64,000 nt of DNA from Eledone cirrhosa (Eukaryota). Under the pieces are notes generated by a model that did no database searches, had not been told where the DNA came from, and was given only the letters and a program-made list of their open reading frames with translations. The DNA lies in contig OZ024761.1 of assembly GCA_964016885.1 (NCBI GenBank), positions 13,268,001-13,332,000 on the forward strand. The letters are read 5' to 3'. The first letter of the stretch is position 1; each line of letters begins with the position of its first letter. Made by a program: the position numbers and the translations under genes. This document shows positions 43,038 through 54,417 of the stretch, in pieces.

Positions 43038-43298
43038 TCATCATCATCATCATCATTTTACGCCCCCTTTTCCCTGCTTGCAAGGGTGGTACGGGTCCTA
43101 TTTTCAGCACAGCATCTCTCCACTTGTCACGGTCCTTCGTCAATCTCCTCCGTGAGCTTCAGCAATCTGAGGTCTGCTCTCACCACCTCCGCCCATGTTT
43201 TTCTTGGTCTTCCTCTACTGCGTCTTCCTTCTACTGGGATTTCTTGGCACTTCCTTACTCAGCGGTCATCCTCCATGCGCACCACATGTCCATACCAT
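43038..43298 (-). mobile_element. RTE-clade LINE 3' fragment
   Basis: Same sequence family as 7278-7590 and 17590-17850. Confidence 0.82.
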
Positions 43299-43564
43299 CT
43301 GTATGTATGTATTTATTTATTGAAAAATAATTATAAAAGAATGAAATGAAACCATCAAATAAGGTAAAAACAAAATTAATATTGAAATAATTAAAATTAT
43401 ATTCCTGAGGATGCATAATAACAATAATTGTTTCTAATTTAGGCACAAGGCCAGCAAATAACTCAGTGCATTACTGGTACTTTTATTTTATCGACCCCGT
43501 ATGCATAATAACAATAATAGCAATAATAATAACAACAATTCCCACATTGGAATTATGCATAATA

Positions 43565-43755
43565 ATTGTTTCTACTTTTGGCACAAGGCCAGCAAACACC
43601 CCAGTGTATTACTGGTACTTTATTTTATCAACCCCGTAAGGATGAAAGGCAAAGTCAACCTCGGCGGGATTTGAACTCAGATCGTAAAGGGACGTAACTA
43701 TGCTGGAAAGCATGGCGTCCGACCCTCTACCGATACTGCCAATCCACCGCCCTTA
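43565..43755 (-). mobile_element. tRNA-derived SINE
   Basis: Reverse complement of 49895-50075; B-box-like GAGTTCAAATCC. Confidence 0.75.
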
Positions 43756-44716
43756 ATGGTATCTAATAATGGTATCTAATAATGGTATCTAATATAGATA
43801 CAAGGTTACACCTTTAGTGGGAGTAGAGGAAAGTCGATTAAATTGACCCCAGTACTTGACTGGTACTTTATTTTATCGATTCATGGGAGAAGAATGAAAG
43901 TTGAAGTTGACCACCACTACCATCATCACCATCACCACCACCATCACTATCATCATCACCACCACCACCACCACCACCGCTACCATCATCACCACCATCA
44001 CCACCATCACTATCATCCACACCATTACCCTCCTCCATCACCACTATCGCCACCATCACCACCCTCATCATCGCTATCATCCACACGATTACCCTCTCCC
44101 ATCACCACCATCGTCTCTACTATCGCCACCACCATCACCACCACCACCATCACCACCATCATCATCGCTATCATCCACACCATTACCCTCTCCCATCACC
44201 ACCATCGTCTATACTATCACCACCACCACCACCACCATCACTACCATCATCATCGCTATCATCCACACCATTACCCTCCCTCATCACCACCATCGTCTAC
44301 ACTATCGCCACCAACAACAACAACATCATCATCATCATCATCATCAATATCAAAGGTGAGGGTAGGTGGGGGTAGAGTTTGTAGTAAAACAAACAAACAA
44401 CAACAAATGTGATTGATATTAAAACTGCCTTAAAAATAAATATAAAAAAATTTTATTTTGCTTCCACTGAAATTAAAAAAAATTTTTTTCTATTGTTGTT
44501 GTTGTTGTTGTTAGTTTAAATGTTTTGAATCCAGCAAGCATCATCATCATCATCATAATCATCATTATCATCATCATCAACATCATCAGTAACATAATGA
44601 AGAGGAGGAGAGGGACATATATGAGTAGGAGAAGGGGGAGGGAAATTTATTCAATCAATACTATACTCACCCCCGCACCCCCCACCTCAACCACTTCCCT
44701 CTTCCCCTTCCTCATG

Positions 44717-44749
<33 letters not shown>

Positions 44750-44918
44750 TATCCCCCCCCCCCCCTCCACACCTCTCAGCCTTGCAATAATTGCTTTTGG
44801 TGCCTAGTCATTAACAAAGTCATTATATTTTTAATTGTAATAACAATTTAACAAAATAAAAATTAAACTTTATTTGTGTGTGTCTGTAACTATGTGTGTG
44901 TGAGTGTGTGATGATCTG

Positions 44919-44953
<35 letters not shown>

Positions 44954-45244
44954 CCCCCTATGTGTCGTAAGAAGTGCCTGGAAGACCACCCGGCTGTAAA
45001 ACATTGACTCAGAAAGGACCTCAATGGTGAGCATATATATATATATATATATAAAAGAAGTTAATATGCCCACAGGTACTAAGTACCCCTGGAAATATAT
45101 AGGGTGTCTATGATACAAGGGTTGTTCTATGGTATTAATCTGACATACCAGAACTATAATATTGAGATAAGCAGAACAAGCAAAATTCAAACAATTTTTT
45201 AAAATAAATAAAAAAATATAATTTAAATATTTACCTACTCCAGT

Positions 45245-45328
45245 TGCTTTTACCGATCGGTTTCACTTCACAGAAGATTGGAGATCCATGGGGACCTCCA
45301 ATGGAAAAGTTTAGATCATCAGAAAGCA
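45245..45328 (-). ncRNA. Type I hammerhead ribozyme with extended stem II
   Basis: Minus strand TGCTTT-CTGATGA-tctaa-ACTT..ATTGGAGGTCC/GGATCTCCAAT..AAGT-GAAA-CCGATCG-GTA-AAAGCA. 6-bp stem I; palindromic ACCGATCGGT stem III. Confidence 0.75.
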
Positions 45329-45432
45329 TTTTCCTTTCCTAGGACTAAAAGTCCCAGGAACGGCAAAATATATTGCCATCTGCCAGCTAGCAGAGGATCG
45401 AATGGGGCCGAAAGTTTGACCTATGCTTATCT

Positions 45433-45475
<43 letters not shown>

Positions 45476-45567
45476 ACATCAAAGTATTCCTAACAAGCTC
45501 ATATGTCCCAAGGCTCTGATACCATCAACACTATAAACACAGAGCTGGCATATCTAAGAACTGACTA

Positions 45568-45630
45568 ACTGCCTGATGAGGTCGTAGCCATTCAATGGCT
45601 ATCATCGAAATATATATACCAGTAAATAAA
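45568..45630 (+). ncRNA. Type I hammerhead ribozyme
   Basis: CTGATGA (45573-45579); stem II GGT..TAGCCAT/ATGGCTA..ATC; GAAA; (AT)n palindromic stem III; stem I ACTG/CAGT with a C-C mismatch next to the core; AATAAA follows. Confidence 0.72.
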
Positions 45631-46250
45631 GGATTATGAGTTCATGCAATTGACTTATGTTTCGTCACTATATATATATATATTTATACATTATATATAT
45701 ATTATAAATATATATATTTATAAATTTATATATATATATATAATATACACATACATTCTCACTATATCTTGAAGGAATCGGCTGTAGTTAAACCTGGTGA
45801 GGGATGGGAGCCACCATTTTTTTTCCAACGTGGTCCTAACGAGTCACAGTGCCACCTTTGCGACTCCATTAGTGGTTCTAGAATTAACTGATCAGTGTAT
45901 CTGTGTGTGTGTCTATGTCTGTCTGTGTGTCTATGTCAATGTTTTTTTTTATTTCTTGTTTTCTTTATTGTTGTTGTTCCCCTCCCCCCTACCTTCCACT
46001 GAAGATTTGAAAACTTGAAATATTTGTAAAAGTTTGCAAAAAAAAAAAATATTAAATATATAAAAATTTTTCACTTGAATCTCTTCCTGTAAATAAAAAT
46101 AATGATTAATTATTAAATAATTAAATAATAAAAACGAAAATAAAATAAATACAAAGACAAATTATTGTGATGGGTGTTTTTTTTTGTTTTTTTTTGTTTC
46201 ATTGATATTTCTCTGGTTTTGTGATTGTTAACAACACTGTTATATCAGCA

Positions 46251-46279
<29 letters not shown>

Positions 46280-46284
<5 letters not shown>

Positions 46285-46762
46285 TCATCATCATTTTATG
46301 TCTGCTTTTCCCTGCTTGCAAGGGTGGGACGGGAACTGATTCTAATTTGATTTCTACAGCTGGATGCCCTTCCTAACACCAACCTCATTTACAGATTGCA
46401 ATCGAAAGGTTGTGAGTTCAATTCTCAGACCAGGTGATGTGTTGTTTCCTTGAGCAAGACACTTTATTTCACATTGCTCCAGTTTACTCAGCTGTAGAAA
46501 TGAGATGATAGGGACTGAGGTCCCTATCATTCCACTGCAAAGTGGTTGTGGAGGTGCCACGGCAAAAAAGCACCCAGTACTCACTGTAAATGAGGTTGGT
46601 GTTAGGAAGGGCATCCAGCTGTAGAAATCAACCCAGAATCAGTTACCGTATGAGCAAGACAAAGTCAGCCGACCAGACACTGCCCACAACAGAACAACCC
46701 GTCTAACCCATGCTAGCGTGGATGAACGGGCGTAAACCGGTGATGATGATGATGATGATGAT
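46280..46762. mobile_element. Two SINE copies joined head to head (inverted partial copy plus + strand copy)
   Basis: TTCTACAGCTGGATGCCCTTCCTAACACCAACCTCATTTACAG at ~46352 and its reverse complement at ~46584-46627. Confidence 0.7.
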
Positions 46763-46956
46763 ACTATATGTTTAATTAATAGACAAAGACAATAAAAAAA
46801 CACCGGAAAAATGGGTCGTTCTGTCTCTTCAGTCAAACTCTGGAAATTATTATGGTTTAGGTAAGATGAAGAGATGTGTTGCTATGTCTCGCATCTGATG
46901 GTTCGTGAAATTTATTTCTATTTTATGTAAAAAAAGCGACTCAGATTTCTATCTAA

Positions 46957-47957
46957 TTAATCCTTTACCATTTAAACCAGCCATATCCAGCCAGAATTCT
47001 CTCACCTCTTTCTGTTCAGACCAGCCATAACCAGCTGCTCATACTTATGTTAATGTATTGTTCTCAAAATAAATAATATCAAAATCTCATAGATTTGATA
47101 TTATGTGAGGTAAAGTCTTTACTGTGAAAATACAATAGTAAATATAGAGTAATGTAAATGTTATGTGAGGTAAAGTCTTTACTGTGAAAATACAATAGTA
47201 AATATAGAGTAATGTAAATGTTATGTGAGGTAAAGTCTTTACTGTGAAAATACAATAGTAAATATAGAGTAATGTGAATGTTATGTGAGGTAAAGTCTTT
47301 ACTGTGAAAATACAATAGTAAATATAGAGTAATGTGAATGTTATGTGAGGTAAAGTCTTTACTGTGAAAATACAATAGTAAATATAGAGTAATGTGAATG
47401 TTATGTGAGGTAAAGTCTTTACTGTGAAAATACAATAGTAAATATAGAGTAATGTAAATGTTATGTGAGGTAAAGTCTTTACTGTGAAAATACAATAGTA
47501 TATATAGAGTAATGTAAATGTTATGTGAGGTAAAGTCTTTACTGTGAAAATACAATAGTAAATATAGAGTAATGTAAATGTTATGTGAGGTAAAGTCTTT
47601 ACTGTGAAAATACAATAGTATATATAGAGTAATGTAAATGTTATGTGAGGTAAAGTCTTTACTGTGAAAATACAATAGTATATATAGAGTAATGTAAATG
47701 TTATGTGAGGTAAAGTACTGTGAAAATACAATAGTAAATATAGAGTAATGTAAATATTATGTGAGGTAAAGTCTTTACTGTGAAAATACAATAGTAAATA
47801 TAGAGTAATGTAAATATTATGTGAGGTAAAGTCTTTACTGTGAAAATACAATAGTAAATATAGAGTAATGTAAATGCTATGTGAGATATGTGAGGTAAAG
47901 ACTTTACTATGAAAATACAACAGTATATATAGAGTAATGTAAATGGTAAACGGTTAA
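46957..47957. mobile_element. piggyBac-like MITE with an internal 60-bp tandem amplification (about 14 units)
   Basis: TTAA-flanked termini; 47101-47700 is ten 60-bp units matching an internal segment of the MITE at 34700-34760. Confidence 0.88.
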
Positions 47958-48683
47958 GGTACAATAAGATCTAATATTAATAGACAAGACATCTAGCAGA
48001 GCGAACTGACCAAGTCTGATCAAATTTTAAAAGAATGAGACAGGCTCCATGGGAAGTTGGTAGGTAGAGAACTAGTGAGAACAGAGAGAGAGAGAGGGAG
48101 AAGTAGAGATAGATAGACAGACACAGAGAAAGAGGTGTTAGCCCCTTGAGCTGGTTTGGCTCTTCCAGTGTATCTCTGTCGCCATCCTTGGGGAAAACGC
48201 CTTCTTTATTCTGTGTCTGGGGGCATAGGGCAGCCAGCGTTTTGGCTGCAAACCTGGGCAGCAGCCTCGCAATGCAGAGAAGAGGAAGCTAACCAAACAC
48301 TGGGGCTTAACCAACTGATTCTTTTTTTGTGAAGGTAAGGCTGAGGAAGGATCATACCATTTTCCATGGCAATACCTTCGTTATTTTATCCACGGGGGTG
48401 CAGCTGAAACATACCTCTTAGACTGGAGTGTAGAATTTGTCATTCATTTTCCCTTAATTTCTTTTTTCTTCATCTTCTCATCCTTATTTCTCGTTTCGTT
48501 ATTACCATTTATATTGTACAATCTATAGGAATAACTCCTCCATCACCCCAATAAAACAGCAGCAACAAAAGCAGCACTATAATATTAAGAATGGCTATTA
48601 TGAAATATCCACACCGGTACTATGATTGATTTTACACCGGTGTCATAATTGATATTACACCGTTATTCTCAAAACAATGTTGC

Positions 48684-48705
48684 ATGGTATGGCTTTGTGA
48701 AAGAG
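48684..48705 (+). CDS. Putative first coding segment (MVWLCER) of an unidentified gene
   Basis: ATG followed by the donor GAG|GTAAGC, phase 1; possible upstream acceptor at 48528. Confidence 0.25.
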
Positions 48706-49795
48706 GTAAGCTCTTTAGATGTCGTGTATGAGTGTACTTTCGCTTATTTATTTCACAGAGACATAGCTAATATATTTAGAGGAGTCCCCCATAAACATTG
48801 TCCAGAAGTTTTCTTCTCTCTCAATCTGTCTCCTGCATATACTATGTAAGTTAGACGACATACACAGAGAGAGCAAACACACATACATATACGTATATAT
48901 ATATATATATATATTTGGGTATATGAACCCCTAGTCTAATATTAGGGAATATAACCTCCTAGTCTAATATTATGGTATATGACCCCTAGTATAATTTTAG
49001 GGCATATGAACCCCTAGTCTAATAATATTAAGGAATATAAGCCCCGAGTCTAATATTAGATTATATTAACCCCCAATGTAGTAATATTGTAGTTTGGAAA
49101 CCGATCACTCGAATTATTAGGACCTAGAATTAGTACCGGAATCCCGTGTAATTCTATCATGTATTAAATAATGTAGTTCTAAATATATGATGTCCGCCGA
49201 ATATAATACAATAGGTCATTTAATTTTGTAAATAATAACAAATTTGGAAGAATTTTATTAAGTTTAACGTACTTTTATTGAAAACAATTAAAAAACCTTA
49301 TTTTAATGTAGTTAAGAAAATATTTATAGTTTTTCTCTGTAGTTGCCGACTTTCATATTTCGAAAGTAAGTCTTGTTTTTATCTATTCAGTCAAAACAAT
49401 CGTAAATTATTGATACATTAAAACACTTAAAAGTAAGAATTTTATTATAAAATATATAAAGTATTATTTTTTCAGTGACAAGAACGTATTTTAGAAACTC
49501 TTAATAGTTTACTCTGTAGCAAGTTTCTTTCGAAAGTGTATAAGTTGTTGTTAAATCGTATGGTTTTTGATGTATTTTGAACAAATCTGACCGTCAAAAA
49601 CCACTGGAAATTAATCGTATGTTAACAGGGATGACTTTCGGATTAATCTTTACAATTACACCCGTTTCGCATTAAATGGTAAAATGTCGGAAATAGATCG
49701 TTTATTTCCGACATTTTGTTTGGAACAATCGGAGTTCTTCAAAACCTTCAGCAATTAATCGTTTTAAATGGGAAAATATCTGTTGGTTCTTATAG

Positions 49796-49849
49796 ATTCT
49801 GAGGGTTTGAACGAATCTGGCCTTCGAAAACTGTTCGACATCACCGGAG
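49796..49849 (+). CDS. Putative 54-nt symmetric exon (xSEGLNESGLRKLFDITG), RRM-helix-like
   Basis: Acceptor TTGGTTCTTATAG and donor GAG|GTAACG; phase 1-1 and open. Confidence 0.4.
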
Positions 49850-49894
49850 GTAACGCTGCGAGCGTGCTGGCTTGCCTCAAACATTATTAGAGAT

Positions 49895-50075
49895 TAGCAG
49901 TATCAGTGGAGGGTCGGACGCCATGCTTTCCAGTATAGAGTTACGTCCTTTTACGGTCTGAGTTCAAATTCCGCCGAGGCTAACTTTGCCTTTAATCCTT
50001 ACAGGGTCGATGAAATAAAGTACCAGTAATACACTGGGATAATTGCTGGCCTTGTGCCAAAAGTAGAAACAATTA
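49895..50075 (+). mobile_element. tRNA-derived SINE
   Basis: GAGTTCAAATTCCGCCGAGG..CTTTGCCTTT..GGGTCGATGAAATAAAGTACCAG; copies at 34790-34910 and 43565-43755. Confidence 0.75.
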
Positions 50076-50159
50076 TTATAGAGGTTTCCCAGTGCTCCTC
50101 GCGATACTGTTATCTTTTGTTATGGTATCGGTTCGTTTGTCCACCCCGTTCGCTTTCCC

Positions 50160-50745
50160 TTTGTTGTATGTGATCCTAGATGCGTGTATTACCTGCTTAT
50201 GTGTTGTATGTGGTCCCCTAGATGTGTGTATTACCTGCTTATGTGTGTTGTATGTGATCCTAGATGCGTGTATTACCTGCTTATGTGTTTTGTATGTGGT
50301 CCCCTAGATGTGTGTATTACCTGCTTATGTGTGTTGTATGTGGTCCTAGATGTGTGTATTACCTGCTTATGTGTTTTGTATGTGGTCCTAGATGTGTGTA
50401 TTACCTGCTTATGTGTTGTATGTGGTCCTAGATGTGTATATTACCTGCTTATGTGTGTTGTATGTGGTCCTAGATGTGTATATTACCTGCTTATGTGTGT
50501 TGTATGTGGTCCTAGATGTGTGTATTACCTGCTTATGTGTGTTGTATATGATCCTAGATGTGTGTATTACCTGCTTATGTGTGTTGTATGTGGTCCTAGG
50601 TGTGTATTAACTGCTTATGTGTGTTGTATGTGGTCCTAGATGTGTGTATTACCTGCTTATGTGTTGTATGTGGCCCTAGATGTGTGTATTACCTGCTTAT
50701 GTGTGTTGTATGTGGTCCTAGATGTGTGTATTACCTGCTTATGTG
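50160..50745. repeat. ~42-bp minisatellite (TGTGTGTTGTATGTGGTCCTAGATGTGTGTATTACCTGCTTA)
   Basis: About 14 tandem units. Confidence 0.92.
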
Positions 50746-51067
50746 TTCTTTTCTTCTCTTTTCGTTTTCTTTTTTATTTGTAATATTATTTATACAACTG
50801 TAAATAAAACATCAATCGTAAATTAGACATTTTGGTTGAAACCATCGAAGGTCTTTAAAACCTTCACTAATTACTCGTTCTTTTCCTTCTTAGTTAACTG
50901 AGGGTGAAAATTTACCTTTGTTTCCGAGTACTTTCACCATTTACCACCATAGGTTATCTTTTGATCAGTGTTAATGAGATCAATATCGCTTAACCTTCCA
51001 CTATGTCAGTTTAGTAGCTAATTTATTCTTTTTTTTCGCTTTCGTGTCGCTAAATAGGCCACGTACA

Positions 51068-51128
<61 letters not shown>

Positions 51129-51167
51129 AATAAGATAACAAGGACGATTGGTTACTCCTTCATTACG

Positions 51168-51262
51168 TTTATTGGTTGGTGACGCGCGTTTCGCCACTGA
51201 CCAGCTCAAGGTTCGATCTGTATCGATCTGACCTGACTCTGTAATCCGTGGCTCATCAGACT
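51168..51262 (-). ncRNA. Type I hammerhead ribozyme with a 50-nt stem II insertion
   Basis: Minus strand GT-CTGATGA-GCCAC[50 nt]GTGGC-GAAA-CGCGC-GTC-AC..AATAAA. Palindromic ACGCGCGT stem III; stem I is short. Confidence 0.8.
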
Positions 51263-51880
51263 CCTTGTAATGTTAATGGAAGAATGAATACATGCTTTAT
51301 GCTAAAGTCTTCTGGTGGTCAGCAAAGTTTGTTTTGTTTGGTGGATTAGTTCATAGGGATGTTTTTGCCCGTAGTGTGGGTGAACATTTTGTGGTGTCGA
51401 TCGTAGGTTGAAGTGGGTGGTGGTGTGGGGGCGCTGGCTATCGGTAGACAGTTTGGCATGTATATGTGGCTGATTTTTGTGTGTAGTATGGGTGTGGTGT
51501 AGTAGTTTGTGATAAAGATGAAAAATAGCGATGTTTATGGTGGTGTGATGATTGTGTTCGTTATTTATTTTCCCTAAATATGATGTCGAACAAATTATCC
51601 CCACCACACCACCACCACCACCACCACCAAACACATTGCCATACGTCCACCACCCTTCAGTCCAGTACCCCGTGTTCCCTATGTCACTTTTTAACCTGTA
51701 ATCCATCGTAAAATTCGACCCTGCAAATATCATGTCGCAACCATCACCACCACCACCACACACATCGCCATACGTACACAACCATCAACATCACCAACAC
51801 ATATCATCCCTAAATAAAAAACGCATGTGTGTGTGTGTGTCTGTGTGTAGACATATCTGTACGAACACCATCCCTACTGG

Positions 51881-51926
<46 letters not shown>

Positions 51927-52003
51927 CCGGGAGCTTCCAACAGTAATGGTCGCATTCTTTAAGGCTATGTCAATATTTATTTATAAAACTGCTCTATATT
52001 ATA

Positions 52004-52067
52004 TTTATCTGATGAAAGCACACCATAATTTAACTTGGTGTCCTTGAAATATGTATAATGAAATAAA
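52004..52067 (+). ncRNA. Type I hammerhead ribozyme
   Basis: TTTAT-CTGATGA (52009)-AAGcACACCA/TGGTGTcCTT-GAAA (52046)-TATGT-ATA-ATGAA, then AATAAA. Confidence 0.72.
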
Positions 52068-52105
52068 TATGGTTTTATAAATATAGTTTCCATTTGTTAA
52101 TATCG

Positions 52106-52136
<31 letters not shown>

Positions 52137-52414
52137 GTGTATCTACACTACGTATTTGTCACACTTAGTGTGTCTGTATGTATCTCCTTAGGGAAAAGAA
52201 ACCACGAACACAATCATCACACCACCATAAACGGCTATTTTTCATCTTTATCACAAACTACTACACCGCACCCATACCACATCCATTTTAAACCAACGCT
52301 CTACAGTAAAACTAAATGTGTGCACTCTGAACAGGTGATTGCAGCTGCATAACTGCAATTCACTAGATTTGTTGAGTGAGCTAGATGCTGGCCGAAGGAC
52401 GCTGTATTTATACA

Positions 52415-52472
<58 letters not shown>

Positions 52473-52478
<6 letters not shown>

Positions 52479-52658
52479 AATCCCATTACAACGGAATTGA
52501 CGAAGTATAAAAAAATTCTCGGTAACGAAAAATTCTTTATAACGAGATCGACCGAAATAAATCGAGTGTTTGTTTGTTATTACCTCGGGAATTGAAAAAA
52601 AAAATTCGTTATACTGAAAAATTCGTTATAAGGATATTCGTTATAACGGAATTTCACC
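52473..52658. mobile_element. Tigger/pogo-like MITE
   Basis: GTGAAATCCCATTACAACG / CGTTATAACGGAATTTCAC termini with internal TTCGTTATA repeats. Confidence 0.65.
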
Positions 52659-53790
52659 TTTCATAAAATTATGATGGAAGGTTTTTAATATCAGTCGGAA
52701 TATGGTACAATGAGTAGTCATGTATGATAAAACCAGGATGGTTTCATGTCTTTAATTATAAACGTCTAATATAGGATAGAATAAATTGCGATGAATTACT
52801 TCGACCAAAATAAAAAATAAAAAAAATATGGCCGTTCTCTTCGAAAGAAATAAATGTTAAAAACAAACAAACTTTCCTTGAATTTAGAAATATTTCTGAG
52901 TTGTCTCCCTTGAAGAAAGTTTTTTGGAGTTATCTTTCCTAGTTGAATTAATCTCCATTTAACCAAGAATTACAATTCTATTAATAAACAGAAAAGGAAA
53001 TACCACCAAAAATTCCTTTTCACCTTATGTACTTAACGTAGAAGCAGAATTGAATGCACGCCATTGCGAAGGCTGCAATTCTGTTGAGTATATTGGTGAT
53101 ATTTATAGCTATTTTTGATATCTTTAAAAAATATAAGAAAAATATAAAGGAAACTAAGGGAAGTAACTCTGTATTCCTTCGAAAATCATTAGTTCAGTCA
53201 GTAGTGTAAAGAAAATGAGGGATTTTGGATATTTTAAAACTAAGAAATTATATACATTTAAATGTATCCTTATTAAGGATAGAGAGAGAGTTTGTTTGTG
53301 TGTGAGTGTATGTTATTATAGACTTCATTTGTGGCTGTCCATCCATCGAAATTCAGTGCTATTTTATTCTTCAATAGTTTGGTGACTATACATGCTTTTA
53401 GCCTGCTCCTTTGGCCCTCGAACCACACATTGACCGTGTTGTAGCTGGCCATTGAACATCTTATAAGTACTGCATACCTTTAAACCACCTTTTAGCTCTC
53501 CAGCTAGGCACTCTTGTCATATGAGGTCCCATGTGAATGATTTTATGGATGCAATAACTCTAATCTTTCCCACTTGACACCTTAAACAAACTACACGACC
53601 CCAGCAACACAAGAAATTTTCTAATGAAAATGTTGCACATATCTCTATCCCGGACGAATAATAAAGAATCTTTTGAAAATCCCGATTTGTTTCCATTTAT
53701 TTTGTTTACATATATTTTTTTCAACAAATAATTAAATAGATAAATATAACGAATAATTAAACATAAATGTTATTTTACTTTCATATACAG

Positions 53791-53917
53791 GCATGGCTGA
53801 AGTCTTTCTCAGTGTTAAAAGACGAACTGGCCTCGTCAAAAACGAAGATATTTTACAAACAGTCAACCGACGGCCATTGCTCAAGAATGATTACACAGCT
53901 AAGAGCGAACTACTTAT
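53791..53917 (+). CDS. Putative exon (xMAEVFLSVKRRTGLVKNEDILQTVNRRPLLKNDYTAKSELL)
   Basis: Acceptor TTTTACTTTCATATACAG, phase 1, open frame in unique sequence; the donor is weak and the end is uncertain. Confidence 0.35.
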
Positions 53918-54417
53918 GTATATATCCATACACATGTACATACATACACGTATACATAAACATATACATACATACACATATATATACATACACATGTACA
54001 TACACATATATATATGTATACATACACATATACATACATACAAATATACATATGTGCACATATACTCAACATAGTTGGTACACAAACAGATAAATCATGG
54101 GATATTGAGGAAAAGACATTTTTTTTCTTGGCCTCATACCAAGATGTGGTTAGGGTGCTGGACTTACAAACACATAAAGGACATCTTCATATTTTTCTTC
54201 TCTCACTTATCCCTTAGAATAAGTGGTGAAGCAGAGTCCTCAAACACTCCTTCCAGCAGGTTCTATCAGAAACAACCATCTCCAACTGATCTGGCTGGAT
54301 CCCTAAACATGACCAGCCAAGCTCATGGATGTTATCCAACTCTAGAGGACATTACAAACAAAAATACACACAAAGAAAAAAAATGCCAGCCATATTGACT
54401 AGTTGACTAAGAGAGTC

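Noticed and set aside
49681-49717. 17-bp-stem hairpin resembling a terminator or pre-miRNA
   Set aside because: Too short for a pre-miRNA, and intrinsic terminators do not apply in this context; small palindromes are common in this window (e.g. 21665-21693)
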